Shown here: piece after piece, positions 1-8,239 of the stretch
Position numbering within the stretch: position 1 is the stretch's first letter
Layout of the letters: each line of letters starts with the position of its first letter
Assembly (NCBI GenBank): GCA_035302665.1
Contig: DATGSL010000239.1
Location: 1-29,059 of the forward strand
DNA: 29,059 bases
Direction: 5' to 3'
From: Opitutales bacterium
GTDB taxonomy: Bacteria > Verrucomicrobiota > Verrucomicrobiia > Opitutales > T3Sed10-336
The notes under the pieces: model-generated
Databases searched by the model: none
The model's input: only the letters and a program-made list of their open reading frames with translations
Told to the model about the DNA's origin: nothing
Program-made: the position numbers and the translations under genes

Positions 1-458
1 TTTTTGCCGGAGAGAGCATTGAGATCGGCCTGAATGGTCTGATCGAAAATGCCTGCGGCTTTTCCGTAGGAGAGTGCATTTTCCGAGATGTCGATTCCGG
101 TTGTATGAAAGCCGGCTCGCCGCGGTTTTTGAATGGTCGCCGATGTTTCTGCGTCCCGCCAATTGGAACGGATTTCATCGGTGGTCATTTTGTGAAGGAT
201 CGCAAGGGTGGTATTGCCGAAGGAGCAGCAGAGATCGGTGTAATGGATCGTTTTTCCAGCTGAACTTCTTTTCTCGGTCCAGGGGAGGATCAGGCGGTTG
301 AAAGTTTCCCGGTTGAAGTTGTCAGAAACATAATCGAGTTCATTGATGATCTTTTCTTTAAAGGCGACCGGGTCGCTCTGGACGTAAATATCGTCGAAAT
401 GCTGTTTTTTCTCGTCGGTTTTAATTGCGTCTTCGCGCGGTTGTTCGTCAGAGGTCAT
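1..458 (-). CDS. Class I SAM-dependent methyltransferase of an uncharacterised family; partial, 3' end runs off the window; absent from the ORF track
   Basis: Manual translation from ATG at 458 gives MTSDEQPREDAIKTDEKKQHFDDIYVQSDPVAFKEKIINELDYVSDNFNRETF...HYTDLCCSFGNTTL...TTGIDISENALSYGKAAGIFDQTIQADLN, open to position 1. It contains a motif I-like DLCCSFG, a motif II-like GIDIS and a motif III-like ADLN. The nearest upstream in-frame stop is at 531-533. Confidence 0.8.
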   Translation of the reverse strand, partial: MTSDEQPREDAIKTDEKKQHFDDIYVQSDPVAFKEKIINELDYVSDNFNRETFNRLILPWTEKRSSAGKTIHYTDLCCSFGNTTLAILHKMTTDEIRSNWRDAETSATIQKPRRAGFHTTGIDISENALSYGKAAGIFDQTIQADLNALSGK

Positions 459-1122
459 TGAATCATCGCAAAGGTTGAGGTGGAGCAGGTCAAGGATAGG
501 CTTCGGGGAGTTCGATCGGGTTCGGTCTCGCTAGCAAATCATTCCGAAGAAACTCAAGAGCTGACGAGTGATCTCGTTTGGTTAGTAAGTCGCTCGTTAT
601 TAGGCGTTTGCTTTTAGGGTTGCGATCTCTTGAGGGGGTGTTTTTTCGACTCTGAATCGGGAAAAGGGTTGATAAAAAGCCATCCAATTGAATAGTCTTC
701 TCTGTTGTCCGCTTCTGCGGTCACAAAACATTGGTTTGAGCAAGCTAAAAGAAGCAGTCGAATTCACGGAAGAATTCAGAAGCGGGGTGGTTTCTGACGT
801 GGGTGAGAAGAGTTCGCTGGTTCGGGTTGGGACCCCTTCATGGTTCACCAATTGTTTCGAAATGTTATTCCAGCAGTTCCCAACGGCGCCCATTTGTGAT
901 TTGGGCGGGATTGGTAGAAAGTTGAGAATCCTTACCACGCACTTTTTTAAGTGTGAATTGCCGCAGGAGAACCTCAAAAGAGAGGTTTCAGATAGGGCGG
1001 CCCACGTCGTATTACAAAATCCCCGGAGTCGGTTGAATACCGGAATCCTTTTTTAGGCCGTCGATGCTTCGCGGGTCGTCCTTGTGGACGATCTAGTTCC
1101 CAGCCTGTCCAATTATAAAATT

Positions 1123-2781
1123 ATGCATACAAAACAGAAAAAACAAGATTACGGAAAAGATCCATTATTGGTCCGTAAAACGGGTCATTATAAACATGAA
1201 TATATTAGTAGTTTCGTTGAAAAATGGGATGAATTGATTGATTGGGAGAAAAGAAAGGAAAGTGAGGGAGATTTTTTTATTGATGTTCTCAAGCAACGGG
1301 GAGCGAAAAAAATTCTCGATGTTGCAACGGGCACCGGATTTCATTCGATCCGGCTTTTGAAAGCTGGTTTTGAGGTTGTCAGCGCGGATGGAAGTCCGGA
1401 AATGCTGGCGCGTGCTTTTAAGAACGGGCGCAAACATAATCAGATTCTGCGCACGGTGCAGGCCGATTGGCGTTGGTTGAATCGCGATATTCATGAGAAG
1501 TTCGACGCGGTCATTTGTCTCGGAAATTCCTTTACGCATATTTTCGATGAGCACGATCGGCGGAAAGCGCTCGCGGAGTTTTATGCTGCGTTGAGGCACG
1601 ACGGGATTCTGATCCTTGATCAGCGCAATTACGATTCGATTCTTGATAATGGTTACTCGTCAAAAGACTCTTATTATTACTGTGGAAATGTAAAAGTTGG
1701 ACCTGAACATGTCGATGAGGGACTCGCTAGGTTTACTTATGAGTTCAACGACAACTCGGTTTTTCATCTCAATATGTTTCCACTTCGCCGGTCGTATGTT
1801 CGGTCTCTTCTAAGGGAAGTCGGTTTTCAGACGGTAACGACTTATGGGGATTTTCAGATCGGCCGTAACGAATCCGATCCCGATTTCTTTATCCATGTTG
1901 CGGAGAAGGCTTATGTATCCAGCGATCACATGCGCGCCGATTCCGAATATAGCGAATACACGAAAATAGCTCGTAAATATTACAATAGTACTTCGGCTGA
2001 TCGGTTTTATCATAAACTCTGGGGCGGTGAGGATCTTCATGTCGGGATTTATGAAAAGGAAGATGAGCCGGTCCTGAATGCATCCCGACGGGTTGTGGAC
2101 CAGATGATCGATCAAATCAAATCCGATTTGAAAAAGGATTCCCGCGTCCTGGATCTCGGTGCCGGCTATGGCGGTTCGGCGAGGAGAATTGCCGAGCGTT
2201 TTGGGTGCGAGGTCGTCTGTCTGAATCTCAGTGAGGTTCAGAATAAACGAAATCGGACGATGACCAAGGAGCAGGGTCTGGAAAAATTGGTCAAGGTAGT
2301 CGATGGAGATTTTGAAAATGTGTCTTTTGCGAATGAATCTTTCGACGTCGTTTGGTCGCAGGATGCGTTTTTGCATAGCGGAGATCGCGATAAGGTGATT
2401 TCTGAGGCAGCTCGGGTTTTGAAACCGAATGGTATTCTGATCTTTACCGATCCGATGCAGGTGGAGGAGGCGAGCCAGAAAGATTTGCAGCCGGTTCTCG
2501 ATCGGATTCACCTGAATTCGATGGGATCGGTTGCGTTTTATGAAAGAGCCGCCGAAGCAAACGGTCTTACTTTGGAAAAATTTGTCGATCATTCCGCTCA
2601 GCTCGGGATCCATTACAGTCGGATTCTGGAAGAGCTACTTCGCCGTCGGGACGAACTTATTGAGGCAAGTGGTGAAGATTATACCGATCGGATGAAAGAA
2701 GGACTTCAGCATTGGATCGATGCTTCCCGAAAAAAATTGCTCAATTGGGGAATTCTCGTTTTCCGGAAAGTTGCGACGTAA
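1123..2781 (+). CDS. Fused glycine/sarcosine N-methyltransferase (GSMT) + sarcosine/dimethylglycine N-methyltransferase (SDMT); glycine betaine synthesis
   Basis: The N-half (DYGKDPLLVRKTGHYKHEY..FVEKWDELIDW..LDVATGTGFHSIRLL..CLGNSFTH..LDQRNYD..DPDFFIHVAEK) matches Halorhodospira-type GSMT. The C-half (YYNSTSADRFY..WGGEDLHVGIY..LDLGAGYGG..VWSQDAFLH..LNWG) matches SDMT. ATG 1123 is preferred over GTG 1084. Confidence 0.95.
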   Translation: MHTKQKKQDYGKDPLLVRKTGHYKHEYISSFVEKWDELIDWEKRKESEGDFFIDVLKQRGAKKILDVATGTGFHSIRLLKAGFEVVSADGSPEMLARAFKNGRKHNQILRTVQADWRWLNRDIHEKFDAVICLGNSFTHIFDEHDRRKALAEFYAALRHDGILILDQRNYDSILDNGYSSKDSYYYCGNVKVGPEHVDEGLARFTYEFNDNSVFHLNMFPLRRSYVRSLLREVGFQTVTTYGDFQIGRNESDPDFFIHVAEKAYVSSDHMRADSEYSEYTKIARKYYNSTSADRFYHKLWGGEDLHVGIYEKEDEPVLNASRRVVDQMIDQIKSDLKKDSRVLDLGAGYGGSARRIAERFGCEVVCLNLSEVQNKRNRTMTKEQGLEKLVKVVDGDFENVSFANESFDVVWSQDAFLHSGDRDKVISEAARVLKPNGILIFTDPMQVEEASQKDLQPVLDRIHLNSMGSVAFYERAAEANGLTLEKFVDHSAQLGIHYSRILEELLRRRDELIEASGEDYTDRMKEGLQHWIDASRKKLLNWGILVFRKVAT

Positions 2782-2821
2782 TTCCGAGATCACGGGCAGC
2801 ACGTCCGTTTTTAAAATGACG

Positions 2822-2855
2822 AAAAGTGCGTCTGGCAGTCCGGGCGCACTTTTTT
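2822..2855 (+). terminator. Rho-independent terminator after GSMT-SDMT
   Basis: AAAAGTGCGTCTGG-CAGT-CCGGGCGCACTTTT stem (two G-U pairs) with a T tract. Confidence 0.85.
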
Positions 2856-2984
2856 GTTTTTTAACATCCGGGCATCGAAGGTTTTCGTCCGATCGATGAT
2901 GATCGGCCATTTTTGCGATTCCCTTTTGTTATAAAAAGGTCAAATTTGATTCGACCGGATTGCAGCGGAATTCCGGTAAAAATT

Positions 2985-3965
2985 ATGAGGAAGCTTTACG
3001 TATCCAAAGAAATCTGGCCTGTGGCCGGTGTCTTTCGTATTTCCCGCGGAAGTCGAACGGAGACTGAAGTGGTTGTTGTTCGTATTGAGGAAGACGGGAT
3101 TTTTGGATTTGGGGAATCCGCTCCTTATGGTCGGTATCGGGAAACGGTTTCCGGTGTGATCAAGGAAATTGAGTTGCTTGGCGAGGCGATTTCAAAAGGT
3201 CTGACGCGGGAGGAGCTTTGGAAAAAGATTCCGGCGGGGGCGGCTCGCAATGCGGTCGATTGCGCTCTCTGGGATCTTGAGGCGAAAAAGAGCGGGATGC
3301 GGGTTTGGGAGTTGGCGGGACTTCCGGCTCCGGATCCGGCGACTACGGCGATTACGATCAGCGTCGATCAACCCGAGGCGATGGCTGAGTCGGCGCGTGC
3401 GCATACGGCAGCGCCGCTCGTTAAAGTAAAACTTGGCGGAGAGGGCGATTTGGAGCGAATGAAAGCGGTTCGGAGGGTTCTTCCGAAAGCCGAGTTGATT
3501 GTCGATGCGAACGAGGCGTGGACACCGGAAATGTGCCGTCAGCTACTTCCGGAAATGGCGGCGCTCGATGTGAAGTTGATCGAACAGCCGCTTCCGGCGG
3601 GAGAGGATGAAATCCTTCGAGAGATCGATCGGATTGTGCCGATTTGTGCGGATGAATCGTGTCACGTATCGGCTGATCTTCCGAAACTCCGCGGAAAGTA
3701 TGATTTCGTAAATATCAAACTCGACAAGACCGGTGGTTTGACCGAGGCGCTTCATTTGGCGCGCGAGGCGGAAAAGGCAGGTTTCGGAATCATGGTCGGC
3801 TGCATGCTCGGAACATCGCTTGCGATGGCACCGGCGGTTTTACTGGCTTCCAAAGCGCGATTTGTCGACCTCGATGGGGCGATTCTTCTAGCGAAGGATC
3901 GAGACCATCCGCTCTCTTATATCGGCGGAAAAGTTCATCCGCCGGACGTGCGTTTATGGGGTTGA
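2985..3965 (+). CDS. ycjG: L-Ala-D/L-Glu epimerase / N-acetyl-D-Glu racemase (YcjG/DgcA type, enolase superfamily MLE subgroup)
   Basis: ISRGSRTE, GESAPYGRY, AARNAVDCALWDL, KVK, VDANE, EQP, CADES, NIKLDKTGG, GCM and the DLDG (DxD) motif align closely with E. coli YcjG. Start placed at ATG 2985 (MRKLYV). Confidence 0.9.
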   Translation: MRKLYVSKEIWPVAGVFRISRGSRTETEVVVVRIEEDGIFGFGESAPYGRYRETVSGVIKEIELLGEAISKGLTREELWKKIPAGAARNAVDCALWDLEAKKSGMRVWELAGLPAPDPATTAITISVDQPEAMAESARAHTAAPLVKVKLGGEGDLERMKAVRRVLPKAELIVDANEAWTPEMCRQLLPEMAALDVKLIEQPLPAGEDEILREIDRIVPICADESCHVSADLPKLRGKYDFVNIKLDKTGGLTEALHLAREAEKAGFGIMVGCMLGTSLAMAPAVLLASKARFVDLDGAILLAKDRDHPLSYIGGKVHPPDVRLWG

Positions 3966-4347
3966 GTCAACGCAGTTTGGCTGTGATATTTGATTGGATT
4001 TGCGACTGTCCATTTGACCCCCTTTTGCTTTCCTCCAGCCAATCCAGATCAAGGGTGGCGAATTCGTTGTTATACTTCGACACCGAAAATGCCTTCAAAA
4101 TGCTCATCGCGTGCCGGGACTGTCAGGTCACGCCTACGTTCGGACCGTGTCATTGTCACCGTCGCGCCGGCGGCGAAGTTTTCCGTGCCGACGATGGTGA
4201 ATTCGCGCAGCCCGGTCGATGGATGCTGCCATATCAAATGTCTCAAGCCGAAGTGGCCTTTCTCTTTATCATACGCCACGCGGCTGTCAGCAGCAGCAAC
4301 GCCAGAAGCGATTTTGGGCTTGCGCGTTTTGTCGGAGGTTTTTAATT

Positions 4348-4560
4348 ATGGAGTCTATGATCAAGAAAATCACCGTTTTTGCTTCCGTTCTCGCCTTTGC
4401 CTCCGTCTCCTCCGCCGCGCTCGCTTGCGGTGGTTCCTGCAAGGACAGGAGCGGCAAGGAAGATACCAAGACCGAGCTCATCAGCACCGGTAGCTTCGAC
4501 ACTGCATGCACGAGCAAGGATTCCTGCTGCGGTAGCGGAAAAGGCAATAAAAAGGCCTAA
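4348..4560 (+). CDS. Small secreted Cys-rich protein (70 aa), function unknown
   Basis: GGAGG at 4334-4338 precedes ATG 4348 (alternative ATG 4357). Signal peptide KKITVFASVLAFASVSSAALA, then mature CGGSCKD...CTSKDSCCGSGKGNKKA. Has its own terminator. Confidence 0.75.
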   Translation: MESMIKKITVFASVLAFASVSSAALACGGSCKDRSGKEDTKTELISTGSFDTACTSKDSCCGSGKGNKKA

Positions 4561-4584
4561 GACGAAGTTTTACATTTTTTTTTG

Positions 4585-4620
4585 AAAGCGGATTCTCCAG
4601 TCTGGGGAATCCGCTTTTTT
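4585..4620 (+). terminator. Rho-independent terminator
   Basis: AAAGCGGATTCTCCAG-T-CTGGGGAATCCGCTTTTTT long stem plus T tract. Confidence 0.9.
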
Positions 4621-4688
4621 GATTCAAATTTTCAGCTGCTTTCTTTTCCGGGTCGCGCGATCACGACTGCTTTGATAAACTCCCCGGT

Positions 4689-7600
4689 GTGAAAACCGGA
4701 CTTCTGGTTGGAATTCTTTCTTTTTTCGGATTCTCTTTGGCGGTTGGCGACTTTTCGTCGGCGATTCAGGGGGGGATTCCGTATTGGGAAACTGGTACGG
4801 CGATTTCGGACCACGTTTGGTTTCAGGTTTCGCGAACCTCGGCTCTCGAATATCAAACTTGGCTTCGGGAGGATCCGGAAACTTTGGATGATCCGGGCGA
4901 ATCGCTTTATCTTTTTGGACTCGGATGGGATTCGCCCGATGTTGCGTTTCCACTCGAGGATCTGCTGCCGCGCGCGGTTGAAGTTGTGGTTGAAGGGGAT
5001 CGTTTTGCATCGATTTCTTTTCTCACGAGTAAAAAACCGGAGAGGAATCGGATCGTTTATTCGCTCGAAAGGAGCGATGATGGGAGCCACTGGTATCCAG
5101 TCGAATCGGCTGAATTGATTGGTCCGGAAAATGTTGGAATTGGGCTGGAAAGGCGGACTTTGTCCGATGTTGTTCCGCTTGATTCCAAAGAGCGGGGGCG
5201 GCTTCGGCTGCGGATTCGTTATGAACCGGCACCGACGATTTTCGCTCATTATATGAGCAGTTTGAATCCTGGCTGGGGGGCGCTCGGTTTTTTGATGCAA
5301 CCGATTCCGGCTTTTCTGAGACTTTTTCACGATCGTCCGGATACGATCGAACCGGTGCCTGATCGACCTCCGGAATATTATCGCAGCACCGGTGGAAGCC
5401 AGCGGGATCAGCCGCTCATCCCGCCCGGTTTTTTGTTTTCGAGCGGAATTGAGAGTGCAAAACTTGAAATCGATCGAGCGATCCGGGCCGGATTGGATGG
5501 ATTTGCGGTGAACTGCATCGAAGGAAAAATCGATTTTGTCGAAATGCTTTTTGCTGCGGCTGTCGATCGGGAGAAATCCCATCCGAATGAGGCTCCGTTT
5601 TTGCTGACTCTATCGCTTGATATCAATGTGATTCCATTTGGGGAACGGGAGATGCTGCCGTCGGTCGTCGATTTGCTGTCGCGTTTTCTCGCGCTGGCCG
5701 ACGATCCGGTTTTCGAGCGTCATCTGGCGCGGCGGGGAGGGAAAGTCCTGATCATGGGTTATCAATCGCATTGGATTTGGATCGATTATCTGCATCGGCT
5801 GGTTGAACTTTGGGAGCTGGAAAATCAGAATTTGGATGAAAAAGATGAACGGCTCGTTTGGCCGCTTGCTCTTGGAGAAGCGCCGCCTGTGCCTGCCTTG
5901 CCCAAAGAAGTTGTGGGCGTTTATGAATCCGAATTTCGAAAAAAGCTCCGTCAATTGGAGGCCGACCGATCGCTTTCGGGGGCTGAAAACCGGGCACGGA
6001 AGGCGCTGGCGAGAAAAGCGGCGCGGGAGGAGGCGGTGAAAGCTTGGGTGCGAATGGAGGATGGTTGGAAGCGGATCCGGGAGGCTTACGATTTATTGGA
6101 AGAGATGGTCGGCGTGGAGATTTTTTGGCAGTACGAGGCGGCTGATCTTGATTCTGTGGCGGGAAATTTTGAGGACGTATTGGAAACGGTGGCTCGGAAA
6201 TTTCCGGCGGTGAATTTCTTTTTGCCGAAAGAGGATTTTGTTGAGCGTGCGCGGCCTGTTGTTCGTGCGCTCGGGGCGGAATGGGGAGAGCCGATTTATT
6301 CGCAGTATATCGCTTATGGTCAAAATGAGCAGGACGGTCTTTTTTTTGGAAATGCTCATGGTGGCGACGGAACCGGGACTTTCCGGGCTGGTTGGTATCG
6401 TGCGATCGGTCAAAATCTGGAGACGGGAGAAGCATTTGAGGAAGATCTTCCGGATGGTGGCCGCTCGTCGTTGATTCAATACACGACTTGGAATGATTAT
6501 GGGGAGCACACGCATCTCGCACCGAGTTTGCAGATGCGGTTTGCGCTGACCGATCTCGGGCGGCATTTGATTCATACGTGGAAAACCGGAGAGAAAATCG
6601 GGAGTCTCGGAGAGCAGATATTTCTTTTTTATCGGAAACATCCACAGGCTGCCGAGCCGTTTCCGTTTCATCCCGGAACGGCGGTACTGCCGGCATTTTT
6701 TGAGGTTGTTACGATTTTAAATGATTCGGGCGGAGAGGTAGATCTGTTGCGGGAAAGGCACGGCGAGCCGGATGTCGTTACGCGGGCGGAAAAACGAATG
6801 GTCGGAGTCGGACTTCACGTTGAGACGTATCTCGAACCGAGTGATGATCGCCTTTGGGAGGAGGGCAATGCCGTTGCGCAGGTTGTTACAAAGTCGGGAA
6901 AAACCTTGCGCGCAAGAGGCTGGGAAGAGTTCACTCATCGACCGTTTCGTGAAGATAGCACACTGGTTGGAGCATCATCGTCGTGCGATGAGAATTTGGA
7001 AAAGGAAGGTCAGCGTTACGGGTTTGGTGAATTTTATTTTTCTGAATACGGCGATGCGGATCGTGACGGATTGCCGAACTGGTTTGAGGCGTTTTATTTC
7101 GGTCGGGGATGGCTGAATCCTGAGGAGCAAAAGGTGGCGAAAAGTGGTGGCGATGAAAACCGGGATGGAATGACGAATCTCGAACATTACCGGGAGCGGA
7201 GTCATCCGGCATATTTTTCGAAACCGATTCCTTATTCCGAGAATCGGAAAGGAAAGCCGGTGCCATTCGTAATCGGGCGGGAACGGCCGAGCCGTCTTCA
7301 GGCGGAAGAATTCGATCGCGGAGGGCCCGGAGTGGCTTATCGGATGCGGACGTATGAAACGATGCGGGGAGGAGAGTTTCGCCGATCAAGAAATGATTTG
7401 CCGACGCATCAGAAGGTCGATTTCGGCGAACCGGATGGGGAAGATTGGATGGTCGGACCCTTTGTTGAAGGAGAATGGGTGGGTTATACGGTCGAAATTT
7501 CCGAAGGTTGCTATGAAGTCAGCGCACGTGTTCGGGAAGGAGGCGGTTTTTTGGAGCTGCTTCTTGATGGAGAAGAATTGTTGGAAGCGGAGATTGCGCA

Positions 7601-7757
7601 TCGCGGGCTTTGGTCGACGCAGAGATTGGGGAAAATTGAGATCGGAAAAAATCGAGCCGGACGAAGTGTTCTGCGTATGCGCTTTGGATCGTCCGGTTAT
7701 CGGTTGAATTGGATCGAGTTTCTGCCGTGCGATTGCGGTGAATTTGCGGACGGGTGA
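4689..7757 (+). CDS. Secreted multidomain glycoside hydrolase: GH71 (alpha-1,3-glucanase)/GH99-like catalytic domain, DxDxDG Ca-binding repeats and C-terminal CBM6-like domain
   Basis: N-terminal signal peptide. EIDRAIRAGLDGFAVN and IQYTTWNDYGEHTHLAP resemble the GH71 motifs (GIDGFALN, TWNDYGESH). Also DADRDGLPNWFE and DENRDGMTNLEHY repeats, and LQAEEFDRGGPGVAY...GEWVGYTV...YRLNWIEF typical of CBM6. Confidence 0.75.
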   Translation: MKTGLLVGILSFFGFSLAVGDFSSAIQGGIPYWETGTAISDHVWFQVSRTSALEYQTWLREDPETLDDPGESLYLFGLGWDSPDVAFPLEDLLPRAVEVVVEGDRFASISFLTSKKPERNRIVYSLERSDDGSHWYPVESAELIGPENVGIGLERRTLSDVVPLDSKERGRLRLRIRYEPAPTIFAHYMSSLNPGWGALGFLMQPIPAFLRLFHDRPDTIEPVPDRPPEYYRSTGGSQRDQPLIPPGFLFSSGIESAKLEIDRAIRAGLDGFAVNCIEGKIDFVEMLFAAAVDREKSHPNEAPFLLTLSLDINVIPFGEREMLPSVVDLLSRFLALADDPVFERHLARRGGKVLIMGYQSHWIWIDYLHRLVELWELENQNLDEKDERLVWPLALGEAPPVPALPKEVVGVYESEFRKKLRQLEADRSLSGAENRARKALARKAAREEAVKAWVRMEDGWKRIREAYDLLEEMVGVEIFWQYEAADLDSVAGNFEDVLETVARKFPAVNFFLPKEDFVERARPVVRALGAEWGEPIYSQYIAYGQNEQDGLFFGNAHGGDGTGTFRAGWYRAIGQNLETGEAFEEDLPDGGRSSLIQYTTWNDYGEHTHLAPSLQMRFALTDLGRHLIHTWKTGEKIGSLGEQIFLFYRKHPQAAEPFPFHPGTAVLPAFFEVVTILNDSGGEVDLLRERHGEPDVVTRAEKRMVGVGLHVETYLEPSDDRLWEEGNAVAQVVTKSGKTLRARGWEEFTHRPFREDSTLVGASSSCDENLEKEGQRYGFGEFYFSEYGDADRDGLPNWFEAFYFGRGWLNPEEQKVAKSGGDENRDGMTNLEHYRERSHPAYFSKPIPYSENRKGKPVPFVIGRERPSRLQAEEFDRGGPGVAYRMRTYETMRGGEFRRSRNDLPTHQKVDFGEPDGEDWMVGPFVEGEWVGYTVEISEGCYEVSARVREGGGFLELLLDGEELLEAEIAHRGLWSTQRLGKIEIGKNRAGRSVLRMRFGSSGYRLNWIEFLPCDCGEFADG

Positions 7758-7917
7758 GTTTGATTGAGGGGGGGCAGACCTTTCGGTTGATGGAGACACT
7801 TTTCCGGATTGCTGAAAAAGTTGAATTTGCTATTTTTTGGCTGAAATCGTCAAATACGCTCTCTGTTCCGGTTGTTAAGGTCGGCTGGCATGGGGCGAAA
7901 CCGGAAAGAATTTGAAA

Positions 7918-8166
7918 ATGGCTGAAGAAATGGAGCAAAAACCTGGCAAGAAAAAGAAACGTCCTTTACTCGGCAAAAAAGTGCGAAATTGGATCGCAGC
8001 GATCGTCAGTGTTCTTGTTCTGATCGTCGTTTTTCAGAATACGTCATCGATTGAGGTTCGTGTTTTATTCTGGAAATGGCCGATGCCTCAGGTTGTTTTG
8101 ATGCTCCTCGTCTTTCTTTGCGGGACTCTTCTCGGTTATGTTCTTCGCCGAAAAGATAACCCATAG
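7918..8166 (+). CDS. LapA-domain (DUF1049-like) small membrane protein
   Basis: Two TM helices flanking VVFQNTSSIEVRVLFWKW, the typical LapA signature. Confidence 0.8.
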   Translation: MAEEMEQKPGKKKKRPLLGKKVRNWIAAIVSVLVLIVVFQNTSSIEVRVLFWKWPMPQVVLMLLVFLCGTLLGYVLRRKDNP

Positions 8167-8239
8167 CTTAACTTTTCATTTTAAAAAGAGCAGGTGAGAA
8201 ACCTGTGGGTGGATACGAATCAACCCGGGACCGGTGCGG

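Noticed and set aside
881-892. CAACGGCGCCCA, resembling the 3' end of the SAH riboswitch, upstream of a methyltransferase
   Set aside because: The required upstream GAGGAGCGCUGC and CAGGCUCGG elements and the complementary pseudoknot strand are absent.
961-1000. GCAGGAGA plus hairpin resembling the start of a glycine riboswitch
   Set aside because: The conserved CCGAAG and CUCUCAGG core elements are missing.
490-1056. ORFs 490-687, 600-977 and 688-1056 in the methyltransferase intergenic region
   Set aside because: They overlap each other, lack RBS and recognisable motifs, and lie in a divergent promoter region.
2985-3965. Idea that the epimerase is a proline/hydroxyproline-betaine epimerase linked to betaine synthesis
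   Set aside because: The sequence carries YcjG dipeptide-epimerase features (RGSR loop, DLDG), and a strong terminator separates it from GSMT-SDMT.
4348-4560. Bufferin/oxazolin RiPP cluster
   Set aside because: No DUF692/MNIO, DUF2063 or DoxX partner genes are adjacent, and no EGKCG or KCYG motif is present; only an in-trans possibility remains.
4632-6696. 316-aa and 314-aa antisense ORFs over the GH71-like gene, and many similar shadow ORFs elsewhere
   Set aside because: They overlap well-supported genes, have Arg/Pro/Ser-rich non-globular composition and no motifs.
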